Shown piece by piece: positions 10,211 to 19,402 of a DNA stretch of 64,000 nucleotides (positions are counted from its first letter, which is position 1; every line of letters starts with the position of its first letter). The position numbers and the translations under genes are program-made. Below the pieces are notes generated by a model, which did no database searches, had not been told where the DNA came from, and saw only the letters and a program-made list of their open reading frames with translations. Location: contig CAXXVZ010000004.1 of NCBI GenBank assembly GCA_963678065.2, positions 480,001-544,000 on the forward strand, in the 5' to 3' direction. The DNA is from Treponemataceae bacterium. GTDB taxonomy: Bacteria > Spirochaetota > Spirochaetia > Treponematales > Rectinemataceae.

Positions 10211-10442
10211 TGTTCTTAGCCAGTGTTTCTTATTGAAACATACGATAGTGTCAAAATGAAGCATTCCGTGTTCCAAAGGCACAGCCTGGGCCTGCTCCAG
10301 TGGCGGTCCTGACCCGGGGTATCCTCAAAAATGAGTCCGGGCGCATGAAAATGAGAAAACACCCCGTGCACCGGAATTTCTATTTCATTCAGGTACAAAA
10401 ATTTACTTTTATTGCATAATTTCCCTCACCAAAACACAAAAC

Positions 10443-10459
10443 TTGGCACGCATCATGCT
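10443..10459 (+). promoter_or_regulatory. Sigma54-type -24/-12 promoter upstream of hsp20
   Basis: TTGGCACG-CATC-ATGCT with correct GG-N10-GC spacing; AT-rich region upstream. Confidence 0.6.
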
Positions 10460-10585
10460 TATCTATTTGTGAGCGCCGATAAGGGCTCGGACAGCGAGGA
10501 AGAATGGCAGGCCCGTGAGGCACGCGCTTCCCGCCTATGGTTCCTGAAACGGGAACCGACAGAATGACCCATGGAGGGTATTTGT

Positions 10586-11038
10586 ATGAAAAGCATGAAT
10601 GTTTACGACTTGGCTTTCCCGGCTCTGCGCGGCACCGTGGTCACCGACCCCTTTGCCCTTCTCGACAGTTTCTTCTCGGATGACTTCGTTTTCGGACGCG
10701 AGACCCGCGGCCCTGTGGTCGATGTCCGCGAGGAGAAGGATTCCTACCTGATCGAGGCCGAGCTGCCCGGACTGAGCGAGAAAGATATCAAGCTCGAACT
10801 GAAGGACAATGTCCTCACCATGTCCACGGCGCACGATGAGGAGAAGAACGAAAAGGCTCCGGAGGCCGGATGGATGCGCCGCGAGCGCCGCAGCTTCCGC
10901 TTCAGCCGCAGCTTCGCTCTCCCCGAGGACACCGACCAGGAGTCCGTGAAAGCCACCTTCAAGGATGGCCTTCTCACGGTCGTCGTCGCGAAGAAGCCCG
11001 AGACGGCTCCCAAAGTCGTCCAGGTGAACGTGAACTGA
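10586..11038 (+). CDS. Small heat-shock protein (Hsp20/alpha-crystallin)
   Basis: VDVRE, AELPG, RER..F.RSFALP, ATFKDGLLTV; GGAGG RBS before MKSMN. Confidence 0.93.
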   Translation: MKSMNVYDLAFPALRGTVVTDPFALLDSFFSDDFVFGRETRGPVVDVREEKDSYLIEAELPGLSEKDIKLELKDNVLTMSTAHDEEKNEKAPEAGWMRRERRSFRFSRSFALPEDTDQESVKATFKDGLLTVVVAKKPETAPKVVQVNVN

Positions 11039-11092
11039 TATCCGAAAATCCCTGGGCGGGCGCGGGGATGCACGCCCGCGAAAAAAATGACT

Positions 11093-11127
11093 AAAGGAGC
11101 CGGGAAGCGATTCCCGGCTCCTTTTTT
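11093..11127 (+). terminator. Rho-independent terminator after hsp20
   Basis: AAAGGAGCCGGGAA-GCGA-TTCCCGGCTCCTTTTTT. Confidence 0.85.
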
Positions 11128-11182
11128 CATGGACCACGGTTCGGGGCTGAGCGCGGGCATCTTCCTGGAATTCCGGAAAAAC

Positions 11183-11198
11183 CGTAACTGATGTTACG
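11183..11198. promoter_or_regulatory. Crp/Fnr-family (HcpR-like) palindromic site
   Basis: CGTAAC-TGAT-GTTACG about 90 bp upstream of the ferredoxin-like gene. Confidence 0.5.
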
Positions 11199-11287
11199 AA
11201 TCATCCGGGCGCACTGTGCTAGATTTCCGACATCGCAAAGCTGAATGGCCGGAGATTTTTCCCGGCCGGCTTCCAGAGGAGAGCATT

Positions 11288-11923
11288 GTGGCGACACGGC
11301 AGATAATCGAGATAGACCAGGATAAATGCAACGGCTGCGGGGCCTGCGAGACAGGCTGTCACGAGGGCGCGCTCAGGATCATCAACGGCGTGGCCCGACT
11401 GGTCGGAGAGAACCTCTGCGACGGACTCGGCGCCTGCCTGGGCAATTGCCCATTCGGAGCGATCACCGTGGTCGAACGGGAAGCTGAGGACTACGACGAG
11501 GCCAAGGTCATGGCGGGCAAGCACCCCGCTCCGGCCGCCGTCATTCCCTCGGCACTCTCGCACTGGCCGATCCAGCTCCACCTCGTCAATCCGCGCGCGC
11601 GCCAGTTCGAGAATGCCGATCTCCTCGTCGCAGCCGACTGCACTGCCTTCGCCCTCGGATCCTTCCACGGCGAGCTCCTGGAAGGGCGAAGCCTTGTCAT
11701 CGCCTGCCCCAAGCTCGACTCGGGTCGGGAGCTCTACCTCGAAAAACTGGCTGTCCTTCTGGCCTCCGCCGCGACGGTGACTGTCGCCATCATGGAAGTG
11801 CCCTGCTGCTCAGGCCTCCTCAAGCTTGTGCTCGATGTGCGCGACAGGCTCACCGGGCACAGGCAGGTCAATGCGGTCATCGTGGGAATAGAGGGCGGCT
11901 TCGTGGCGCGAAAGACATTCTAG
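11288..11923 (+). CDS. 4Fe-4S dicluster ferredoxin-like protein (FrdX-like)
   Basis: CNGCGACETGC and CDGLGACLGNCP clusters, plus C-terminal WPIQL, AADC, CPKLD, MEVPCC; GTG start after a GAGGAG RBS. Confidence 0.85.
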   Translation: MATRQIIEIDQDKCNGCGACETGCHEGALRIINGVARLVGENLCDGLGACLGNCPFGAITVVEREAEDYDEAKVMAGKHPAPAAVIPSALSHWPIQLHLVNPRARQFENADLLVAADCTAFALGSFHGELLEGRSLVIACPKLDSGRELYLEKLAVLLASAATVTVAIMEVPCCSGLLKLVLDVRDRLTGHRQVNAVIVGIEGGFVARKTF

Positions 11924-11995
11924 GGCCGCGCCGAAGATTGTCGCGGTGCCGGGCGGTCTGCTGGCGGTCCCGGCACCAGTCAGGTCGAGGTTTTT

Positions 11996-13111
11996 CTACT
12001 TCAGGTTTTCCGGATTGAGGCACTCGAGCTCGGGCAGGACGAAGAGGCCGTCCTTGCGGACGAGACGGCCGTCGAACCGTATCTCGCCGCCGCCCCAGTC
12101 CGGTCTCTGGATGAGGACGAGATCCCAGTGGAGGGCGGAGCGGTTGCCGTTGAAGCAGTCGTCGTAGGCGTTGCCCGGGGTGAAGTGGATGGAGCCCGCT
12201 ATCTTCTCGTCGAAGAGGGTCTCCTTCATGGGCGAGGTGATGAAGGGATTGACGCCGATCGCGAATTCCCCGACGTAGCGCGCGCCCTCGTCGATGTCGA
12301 ATACCCGGTTGATCCGGGCTGTGTCGTTCGAACTCGCGCCGACGATTTTTCCCTTCTCGAAGTCGAGCACGATCTTCTCGTAGGTAAAACCGTCCTTCTC
12401 GCTCGGGGTATTGTACGAAATCCGGCCGTTCACCGAGTCGCGGAGGGGCGCAGTGTACACTTCCCCGTCGGGGATATTCATGCTGCCATCGCACTTGACA
12501 GGAGGCAGTCCTTTGATCGAGAAGGACAGGTCTGTGCCGGGTCCGCGGATCTCGACTCTGTCGGTAGCGGCCATGAGGGCGACGAGCGGGTCCATGGCTC
12601 GGGACATCTTTCCGTAATCCATCGTGCAGACCGAGAAATAGAAGTCCTCGAAGGCTTCCTCGCTCATCGACGCCGCCATGGCCATGGCGGCTGAGGGGTA
12701 GCGCAGGACGACCCAGCGGGTATTCGGGACGCGCTCCTCGATGTGGACTTTTTTCCAGATGTGGCGGTTGTAGAGCTCGAGCTTGTCGGAGGGAATGTCC
12801 GACCAGGCGTACTGGTTGCGCAGGCTCGAGAAGCCGATGAAGACATCCATCTCCTTCATGCGCTCTCGCTCGAAGCGAGCCTGGAGCTCGAAAAACTCTT
12901 CACTCCCCCGCCGGTAGAGGGCGCGCTCGATCGTCCTGTCCCGCAACGCCACGAAGGGGATTCCCCCGGCGTCGTGTACAGCCTCGATCAGGGCTTTCAC
13001 GAACTCGGGTTCCGTGTTGGTGTTCTGGATCAGAACTTTTTCTCCGGCTTGGACCCTGGTGGAAAAATTCACCAGTATGTCGGCGAGTTTCTTCAGTCTC
13101 GGATCGGTCAT
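11996..13111 (-). CDS. Aminopeptidase, M29 (AmpS/PepS family)
   Basis: NIPDGEVYTAP, GEFAIG, LFDEKIAGSIHFTPGNAY, SALHWD. Confidence 0.92.
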   Translation of the reverse strand: MTDPRLKKLADILVNFSTRVQAGEKVLIQNTNTEPEFVKALIEAVHDAGGIPFVALRDRTIERALYRRGSEEFFELQARFERERMKEMDVFIGFSSLRNQYAWSDIPSDKLELYNRHIWKKVHIEERVPNTRWVVLRYPSAAMAMAASMSEEAFEDFYFSVCTMDYGKMSRAMDPLVALMAATDRVEIRGPGTDLSFSIKGLPPVKCDGSMNIPDGEVYTAPLRDSVNGRISYNTPSEKDGFTYEKIVLDFEKGKIVGASSNDTARINRVFDIDEGARYVGEFAIGVNPFITSPMKETLFDEKIAGSIHFTPGNAYDDCFNGNRSALHWDLVLIQRPDWGGGEIRFDGRLVRKDGLFVLPELECLNPENLK

Positions 13112-13167
13112 TCCCGCGCTCCTTGGTCGATTATGTCACTCTCGGGGAGGTCTCAGGTCCCGTCGCT

Positions 13168-16100
13168 TCATGGCTTCTGCGCCCAGGCCTTCTTGATTAT
13201 GTAATAGCTTTCCTTGTACCGCTCGATATAGGGCGGAGGAAGCTCCCATCCCTTCCAGAAGAAGGGGCTCTCCGGATCGCCGTCGAGCCTGCCGACAACC
13301 TTTTTCCCGACATTGTCCCACCACATGACCGAGGCGACGACGCCTTCGGTCTTCTCCGCCTTGAGCTGGTCCTGGACGGGAATGAAGATATCCCAGCGCA
13401 GGTCGTGGAGGACGTGGAGTGAAGAAGGGTCGGTGAAGTTGATCCTCTGCCAGGGGATGCGGAAGCGGAACTTCGTCCCCTCGACCTTCCAGAGATTGGT
13501 CTGCCGGTCAAAATCCCCGCGGTAGAGCGTGCTCTGGTCGAAGTACTTCGCGGGGATCCGGCGGCCGTCCCTGGTCGTCACAGCAGCGTTCACGAGGGGC
13601 ACGATGCGCTCGAAGACGCCGTCCCAGAGGGGTTTTGAGTCGTAGCGGCCGAGGAACTTGTTGTAGGTCGTGATGACCTTGAGCTCAGCTTTGTCCTGCG
13701 AGGAAATCGTGATGAGGAATTCATTCCCCGACAGGAATGGGACGCCGCCGACGGGATAGCGCATCTGTCCGAGATCCCTGCGGTATGTATCGAGTCCGAT
13801 GAAGAGCGTCTGCTTCCCGAAATCGGGCATGTGGTCCAGGGTCACATCGATGTAGAAATAGGCGGGATCGTGGGCGAGCTCAAGCTTCGTGATCGGACCA
13901 TTGTTGTCGATCGCCGTCCATTCGGGCTTTTCCGGCGGCATGGGAGTCATGGCGAGGAGGCCGTAATTCTGCTCGGGATCGTCCACGTTGTGCCAGTAGA
14001 TGTGGCGCTCGTAGGGTATCATGAATGGCTCGTTGGTCCAGGTCTTCTTGACCCACTCGTCCATCCACTCGAACACGAGGCCTCCTGCGTAGCCCTCGGT
14101 CTTGATCGCCTCGAGCATGCGCAGTATCCCCTCTCCCTGCTCTTTTTCCTGGATCGCCCCGTGGTTGTAGCCGTCCGGATTGAAGTGAGCCACCGATGAA
14201 CCGTTTGCGAGGCCGAACTCGGCCACCAGAGCCGGATACTTGGAGTGCCCGCTCATGAACTCGCGGAGGTATCCGCCGTACATGAATCGTCCGGCGGCAT
14301 CGCGGTAGTATCCGAATTCCTTCTCGTCGTTCATGAAGTCAGGATAATTCGGGTATATATGGTAGGCGCCGAAGATGCCCGCTTCCATTTCCGGGAGGGT
14401 GTCGATGCTGTTGATGTCTATGGAGGCGTTGTCGTTGAAGCGACGGGCTTTTCCCGTTCCGGTATCCCACTCGTAATCGTGGCTCCGGGGGTCGAGAGTG
14501 GGCCAGCTGACCATGCCCACGGGATGCATTTTCCCGTACATGCGCATTTCCTGCTTGACGACCTCATCCATGCTCTCGGCGAGCCACACCTCGGTGGGAG
14601 AGGCTCCCGATCCCGATGTCACATAGCTTCCCTTGTAGCTGACGCCGGGGTTGAGCGAATTGGTGGCGATGACCTCCGGGGACTCGAGTTCCCGCCCCGC
14701 TATCCACCCAAGGAGCCAGCGCGAGACATCGGCGGTGTACACTCCCCAGGCCCTGCCCTTTCGCTCCGTTATGTTCGCGCGACCGTAGACAGCGTCCACC
14801 GCGTACTCGATTTCCTTGAGGAAGTTCTTCTGGTAGCCGGGCGCGAGATAGTTGTTGCCCGGGGGCTGCTCCTCGGGCCAGATGCCCTGAAGGAGATAGA
14901 GCGGTTTGTCGGGATGGAGACGATTGTAGGTGTCGAGGGCCTGGTAGAACTGCGGCGAGGGCAGAGTGTAGATGCGGACCACGTTGGCGTTCATCTCCCC
15001 CATGCCCTCCATCCAGCGCCTGAGAGTCGCCGCGTCGTCCGGAAACTCCGTGTGGTAGGTTCCCGGCATGGCCATTCCGAAGTTCACCCCCCGGACGAAG
15101 AAATCCTTCCACGAGCCATCGTACTGCCTCAGCTGGAAATACTTGCCCTTCGCCTTGACCCGGTACTGGATCGGGTCTTCCTCCTTCACATTGACGGTCT
15201 TCCATTCCTCGCGCCTCTGCTTCGTGGTCTTGAGGATGTAGCGGAACATCGGGACATAGGCTCGCCAGTAGAAATAGTCATTCGAGTCGACCGAGTCGTC
15301 CACGAGGACCTTGTTGAGCCTGTCTATGCCTTGGGCGCCGAAGGGTGTGTTCTTGAATTCGATGTCGGCGAAGTCCCCCGCGAAGTACCAGCCGTTGAAC
15401 TGGGGATTGACCGTGTGGAGAACAGCCGGAAAGCGCGTGGGAAGGCCCAGGCGTTTCAGGTGTGCCTTGCCCGCGTCGGTAAGGTCCCAGTCGTAGTCGG
15501 CGACGACCTCGACGGAGACGTCGGGCAAGGTCCACTCGAACCAGAATTTGAAGGAGACCGGATCGGGAATATTCAGTTTCTTGGCCCACGCGTCGCGGTA
15601 GATGATCTTGAGCATATCGGCGCCGACTTCCTTGCCGGCGGGAAAGACCTCGATGAGGTCGTCGTCGCGGATGAGGACAAAGCCCCGGCCGAAGTATTCC
15701 CAGGGTTTCTTCTTCTGGGCTTCGTAGTTCCTGACGACCCACTCGGGAACCTCGTTGTCCCGCGTCATGTCTTCGTAGAGCCGGCCGATCCAGCCCCGCC
15801 ACCCCATATTGAGGAGGGTTCCGAGGGCCTTGCGGTCGAATTCGTTGGTCGGCGAGGCTGCGGTGTTGAACTCGGCGATGAGGGTGTTGCCCTCGCCTAA
15901 GTGGGTGCGCAGGGAGAGAAGGTCCGAATCGGTGAGACCTCCGTACATCTTCTTGGAGAAGTCTCCCGAGAGCCTGCGCTGCATGTAGTCCTCGGTGTAG
16001 ACGCCGTATGTGTCCGCGAGGTAGATCATGTCCGGACGTGTCGTGGAAACGGGCATCTGCCGTGTTTTCCAGTTCTTGGTCCCGGTCGGGTAGAATCCGT

Positions 16101-16362
16101 AGTAGTCTGTCTTCCGTTCGTAGAGCTTTTTCTGGCCCGGCTTCGTGAGCTTCTCATAGTTGAGGACCCAGAACAGGCCGGTATGCTCGCGGTAGTTCGG
16201 GTAGGGGACGGTCTTGTCGACCACCCAGACATCGAGGTTGGAGAAGGGTTTGAGCTGCCAGATGATGAAGGGGGCGATGAGGAACCCGAGAATCACGACA
16301 GTCACGATGATGGCGAAAAAAATTGCCGCCGTCCATCTCCGCTTGTTTCCACGTTTTTTCAT
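13168..16362 (-). CDS. Large membrane-anchored exported protein: uncharacterised N-terminal domain plus glycoside-hydrolase-like (clan GH-A-like) barrel
   Basis: Single N-terminal TM; C-terminal half has FFVRGVNFG, NANVVRIYT, GRELE, HIYPNYP, AEFG, FEWMDEW. Confidence 0.7.
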   Translation of the reverse strand: MKKRGNKRRWTAAIFFAIIVTVVILGFLIAPFIIWQLKPFSNLDVWVVDKTVPYPNYREHTGLFWVLNYEKLTKPGQKKLYERKTDYYGFYPTGTKNWKTRQMPVSTTRPDMIYLADTYGVYTEDYMQRRLSGDFSKKMYGGLTDSDLLSLRTHLGEGNTLIAEFNTAASPTNEFDRKALGTLLNMGWRGWIGRLYEDMTRDNEVPEWVVRNYEAQKKKPWEYFGRGFVLIRDDDLIEVFPAGKEVGADMLKIIYRDAWAKKLNIPDPVSFKFWFEWTLPDVSVEVVADYDWDLTDAGKAHLKRLGLPTRFPAVLHTVNPQFNGWYFAGDFADIEFKNTPFGAQGIDRLNKVLVDDSVDSNDYFYWRAYVPMFRYILKTTKQRREEWKTVNVKEEDPIQYRVKAKGKYFQLRQYDGSWKDFFVRGVNFGMAMPGTYHTEFPDDAATLRRWMEGMGEMNANVVRIYTLPSPQFYQALDTYNRLHPDKPLYLLQGIWPEEQPPGNNYLAPGYQKNFLKEIEYAVDAVYGRANITERKGRAWGVYTADVSRWLLGWIAGRELESPEVIATNSLNPGVSYKGSYVTSGSGASPTEVWLAESMDEVVKQEMRMYGKMHPVGMVSWPTLDPRSHDYEWDTGTGKARRFNDNASIDINSIDTLPEMEAGIFGAYHIYPNYPDFMNDEKEFGYYRDAAGRFMYGGYLREFMSGHSKYPALVAEFGLANGSSVAHFNPDGYNHGAIQEKEQGEGILRMLEAIKTEGYAGGLVFEWMDEWVKKTWTNEPFMIPYERHIYWHNVDDPEQNYGLLAMTPMPPEKPEWTAIDNNGPITKLELAHDPAYFYIDVTLDHMPDFGKQTLFIGLDTYRRDLGQMRYPVGGVPFLSGNEFLITISSQDKAELKVITTYNKFLGRYDSKPLWDGVFERIVPLVNAAVTTRDGRRIPAKYFDQSTLYRGDFDRQTNLWKVEGTKFRFRIPWQRINFTDPSSLHVLHDLRWDIFIPVQDQLKAEKTEGVVASVMWWDNVGKKVVGRLDGDPESPFFWKGWELPPPYIERYKESYYIIKKAWAQKP

Positions 16363-16375
16363 ATGAGAAGACTCC

Positions 16376-19300
16376 TCATGCCGGTGGCTTGGCTCCGCCG
16401 AACCCCTTCCGATCCGCCTTTCCCCAGCCGGTCGGCTTTTTCATGGCATTGAAATAGCCGAGTACCCGCCAGAAACTGAAGAATTCCCTTGGGCCGAAGC
16501 TCTCGGCGAAGGCCGTCACCAGCAATCGCAGGTTATCCCTGTAGCTGAAATATATAATATTGCGCTCCGCAATGAGAACCGATGCCATGGAGATGAAGAT
16601 GCCGAACATGATCGTCGCGAGGAAGAGGAGAATGGCCATTTTCGTGGAGAGGAGACCGAAGAGCGCGGCGAGGAACACCATGACATAACCCTGAATCTCG
16701 AAGAGCGGCCCGACCATCTCGAAGAGGAAATAGTAGGGCATGGCGACCATCCCCATCCGGCCGTAGCGCGGATTGAAGAGGGTCCTGCGGTGGAAGAAGA
16801 GAATGTCGATGAGTCCCCGGTGCCAGCGGTCGCGCTGCCGCTTGAGGCTCTTGATGTCCTCGGGGACCTCTGTCCAGCAGTTCGCGTTGTAGGCGTATCC
16901 GATGCGGTACTTTATCTTGTTCTCGCGCATGTAGCGACTTATGCGCACGACGAGTTCCATGTCCTCGCCCACGGTGTCCTTGCGGTAGACCTCCGAGCTC
17001 GTGAGGTAGCCGCCGATGCTGACGACGCGGTCCTTGCGGAAGAGTCCGAAGGCGCCCGAGATGATGAGGAGGCTGTTGAGCTGCGCCCAGCCGAGGCGGC
17101 CGCACATGAAGGCGCGCATGTACTCGATGGTCTGGAGCCGGGCGAGTCCGTTCGCGGGGATTCCGATCTCCGTGAGCATGCCCCGGTCGACCACGCAGCC
17201 GTTGACGGGGAAGACATTGCCGCCCATGGCCGGCGTCTCGATGCCGTCGTCCAGGGTCAGGGAGGCTATCTTCAGCATGGCGTCCGAGTCGAGGAGGGAG
17301 TCCGCGTCGATTCCGCAGATATACTCGTTTTCGGCTATGTTGATGCCCGCGTTGATGGAATCGGCCTTGCCTCCGTTCTCCTTGTCCACGACGATGAGCT
17401 TGGGCATGAGAGGATTCACGTAGATTCCGCGGATCGGGTGGCACTTGAGTTTGGATGTGTACTGGAAGTCGACTCGCTGGAGATTGAAGTACTTGATGAG
17501 AGTCGCGAGCGTGGCATCTCTCGAGCCGTCGTTGACGACGACGAGTTCGTAGTCGGGATACTTCAGGTTGAGGAGGCTGTTCGCGCTCTCTATTATGGAC
17601 TTCTCCTCGTTGAAGGCCGGGGCGATGATGGACACGGAGGGCAGCATGCGCGGCTTGAAGAGCATGCTCCGCTTCTTGAGGTTCCACAGGCGTTCGAGGT
17701 TGCCGACCTTCATCCTCGAGAGGAGGAGGAGGAAGGAGTAGACGACGTTGACGATGATGGAGTAGTAGGCGAAATCGTAGTTGAACTCGACGATGAAGAT
17801 CTTGAGCTGGTGAAGGAATGGAACGACGAAGAGGTAGTCGAAGTGCCGCATGATGTACAGGAAGGGGAAGAAGGCTATCGCGAAGGCGAGGATGGCGTAC
17901 ATGGTGAGGACCATCTTCCTGTCCTGGACCTCCTCGCGTTTCTTCACCGGCAAAAGGACGCGGGCGAGTCCGCACTTGTCGAGGACGCGGTCGGGCAGAT
18001 AGATGCCGAATTCCCGCTCGAGCTCTTCGTTTCCGGGGACGACCTCGCGGATGATGGCGACGAGCGCATCCTCGAGGAGCATGTTCTCGTTGCGCTTCAG
18101 GAATTCGACGATTTCGCTCACCCGCCCGAGGCGGATGATCTCGCGGATGACGGTCTCCGATTGGGCTTTCTCCCTGCCGTCCAGCCTGTTGATGAAATAC
18201 TCGACGCGCCCCGCGAGAACTTCCGCTATGCGCTCGCGGCGGTACCCCGTCGATTCCACGAATTGTCCGACGAGGACCGGCGTGAGGCGCGGATGTCGCT
18301 CGAGAAGCCTCGCGAGGCTCCTCTTGGCGACGTCGGATGTATCCGGGGAATCGAGGAAGCCGACTATCTTGACGATATTGGCGGCGTCCATGCCCCTGCC
18401 CAGGGCGCTGATGGCCACGGCCTGGAGTTCCGGATCGCCGCAGTGCAGGTAGCGATCGTCGTCGAGCACCTTGAAATAGTGTTTTTCCAGGGTGCCCGCC
18501 GCCCTGATCATGAGCTTGCGGTAGTTGTCGCCCGGGTTGATGCTGACAGGAAGGATGGTGAAGTGCCGGCAGATGTCGGCCGCGTCCATGACGCCATTGT
18601 AGGGGCAGTCGCGCCTGTTGTTCTCGAGTACGGATCGGCCGTGAATGCAGTGGGCGCAGCTGCGGCGCGGGCAGCCCTTCACGGTCGAATCGAGGCGCGC
18701 CGCCTCGCGCTCCCTGTCGTCGATGAGCTGGAGGATCCAGTCCCGCAGGTCGCCCGAAACGGAGACACCGGCGAAATCGACCATGAGCTCGCGCACCTCG
18801 ACCTCGTCGCGCATGAAGAGCTTTGGCAGGTATTCCTTCAGGTCCTCCCCGAAGCCGGAGATGAGCATATTGACCTTGTCCCTGTACCAGCGGTGTGAGC
18901 CGAGGAGGCTCGACACCAAGGCGGGAATGGAACGCTTGTCGCCGATATCGGAGAGCGCGTTGGCTATGAACACCTTTACCGGGTAGACCTTTTCACGGGC
19001 GAGAGCGCGTTCCAGCTCGCGCCGGGCCGTCGGAGTGGCGATCACGCCGAGGGCCGAGGCGGCCTCCATCCTGCGGATGCGATCGCGCGAATTGAGGTGC
19101 CGCTCGAAGACCGGCTCGATATGCTTCGCGCGCGCGAGGTCGAGAATGGCGGTCCGCATTTCGGGAGGCAGGTCTATGGAGTCGTGGAGCTTGGCGTAGT
19201 TGGTGAACAGCCGCCTGACCTGCGCGTTGTTCCTGATCCGGCCGCGCTCGAAAAGCCTGACGAGGGCGGCGAGTTCCCTTGACCGTTTCTCCTGCTGGAG

Positions 19301-19402
19301 GATCCATTTTGCCTTGTTCGTGAGGGTCAGCACGACGAGAATGAGGTCGACCCAGATGAACAGGAGCAGGACGGCGAAGAGGAACTCTACATCGATGCTC
19401 AT
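16376..19402 (-). CDS. HEAT-repeat plus processive GT2 glycosyltransferase fusion (PgaC/IcaA-like synthase)
   Basis: N-terminal TM and HEAT-like repeats (RMEAASALG, IANALSDIG, AISALG); PAFNEE, NDGSRD, GGKADS, DADS, GEDME, QRDRW; flanking TM helices. Confidence 0.88.
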   Translation of the reverse strand: MSIDVEFLFAVLLLFIWVDLILVVLTLTNKAKWILQQEKRSRELAALVRLFERGRIRNNAQVRRLFTNYAKLHDSIDLPPEMRTAILDLARAKHIEPVFERHLNSRDRIRRMEAASALGVIATPTARRELERALAREKVYPVKVFIANALSDIGDKRSIPALVSSLLGSHRWYRDKVNMLISGFGEDLKEYLPKLFMRDEVEVRELMVDFAGVSVSGDLRDWILQLIDDREREAARLDSTVKGCPRRSCAHCIHGRSVLENNRRDCPYNGVMDAADICRHFTILPVSINPGDNYRKLMIRAAGTLEKHYFKVLDDDRYLHCGDPELQAVAISALGRGMDAANIVKIVGFLDSPDTSDVAKRSLARLLERHPRLTPVLVGQFVESTGYRRERIAEVLAGRVEYFINRLDGREKAQSETVIREIIRLGRVSEIVEFLKRNENMLLEDALVAIIREVVPGNEELEREFGIYLPDRVLDKCGLARVLLPVKKREEVQDRKMVLTMYAILAFAIAFFPFLYIMRHFDYLFVVPFLHQLKIFIVEFNYDFAYYSIIVNVVYSFLLLLSRMKVGNLERLWNLKKRSMLFKPRMLPSVSIIAPAFNEEKSIIESANSLLNLKYPDYELVVVNDGSRDATLATLIKYFNLQRVDFQYTSKLKCHPIRGIYVNPLMPKLIVVDKENGGKADSINAGINIAENEYICGIDADSLLDSDAMLKIASLTLDDGIETPAMGGNVFPVNGCVVDRGMLTEIGIPANGLARLQTIEYMRAFMCGRLGWAQLNSLLIISGAFGLFRKDRVVSIGGYLTSSEVYRKDTVGEDMELVVRISRYMRENKIKYRIGYAYNANCWTEVPEDIKSLKRQRDRWHRGLIDILFFHRRTLFNPRYGRMGMVAMPYYFLFEMVGPLFEIQGYVMVFLAALFGLLSTKMAILLFLATIMFGIFISMASVLIAERNIIYFSYRDNLRLLVTAFAESFGPREFFSFWRVLGYFNAMKKPTGWGKADRKGFGGAKPPA

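Noticed and set aside
16790..18898. 702-aa plus-strand ORF and similar long ORFs (7946-9814, 14245-15900, 22495-24423, 38061-39416)
   Set aside because: They lie antisense to well-supported genes and have no recognisable motifs; such shadow ORFs are expected in high-GC coding DNA
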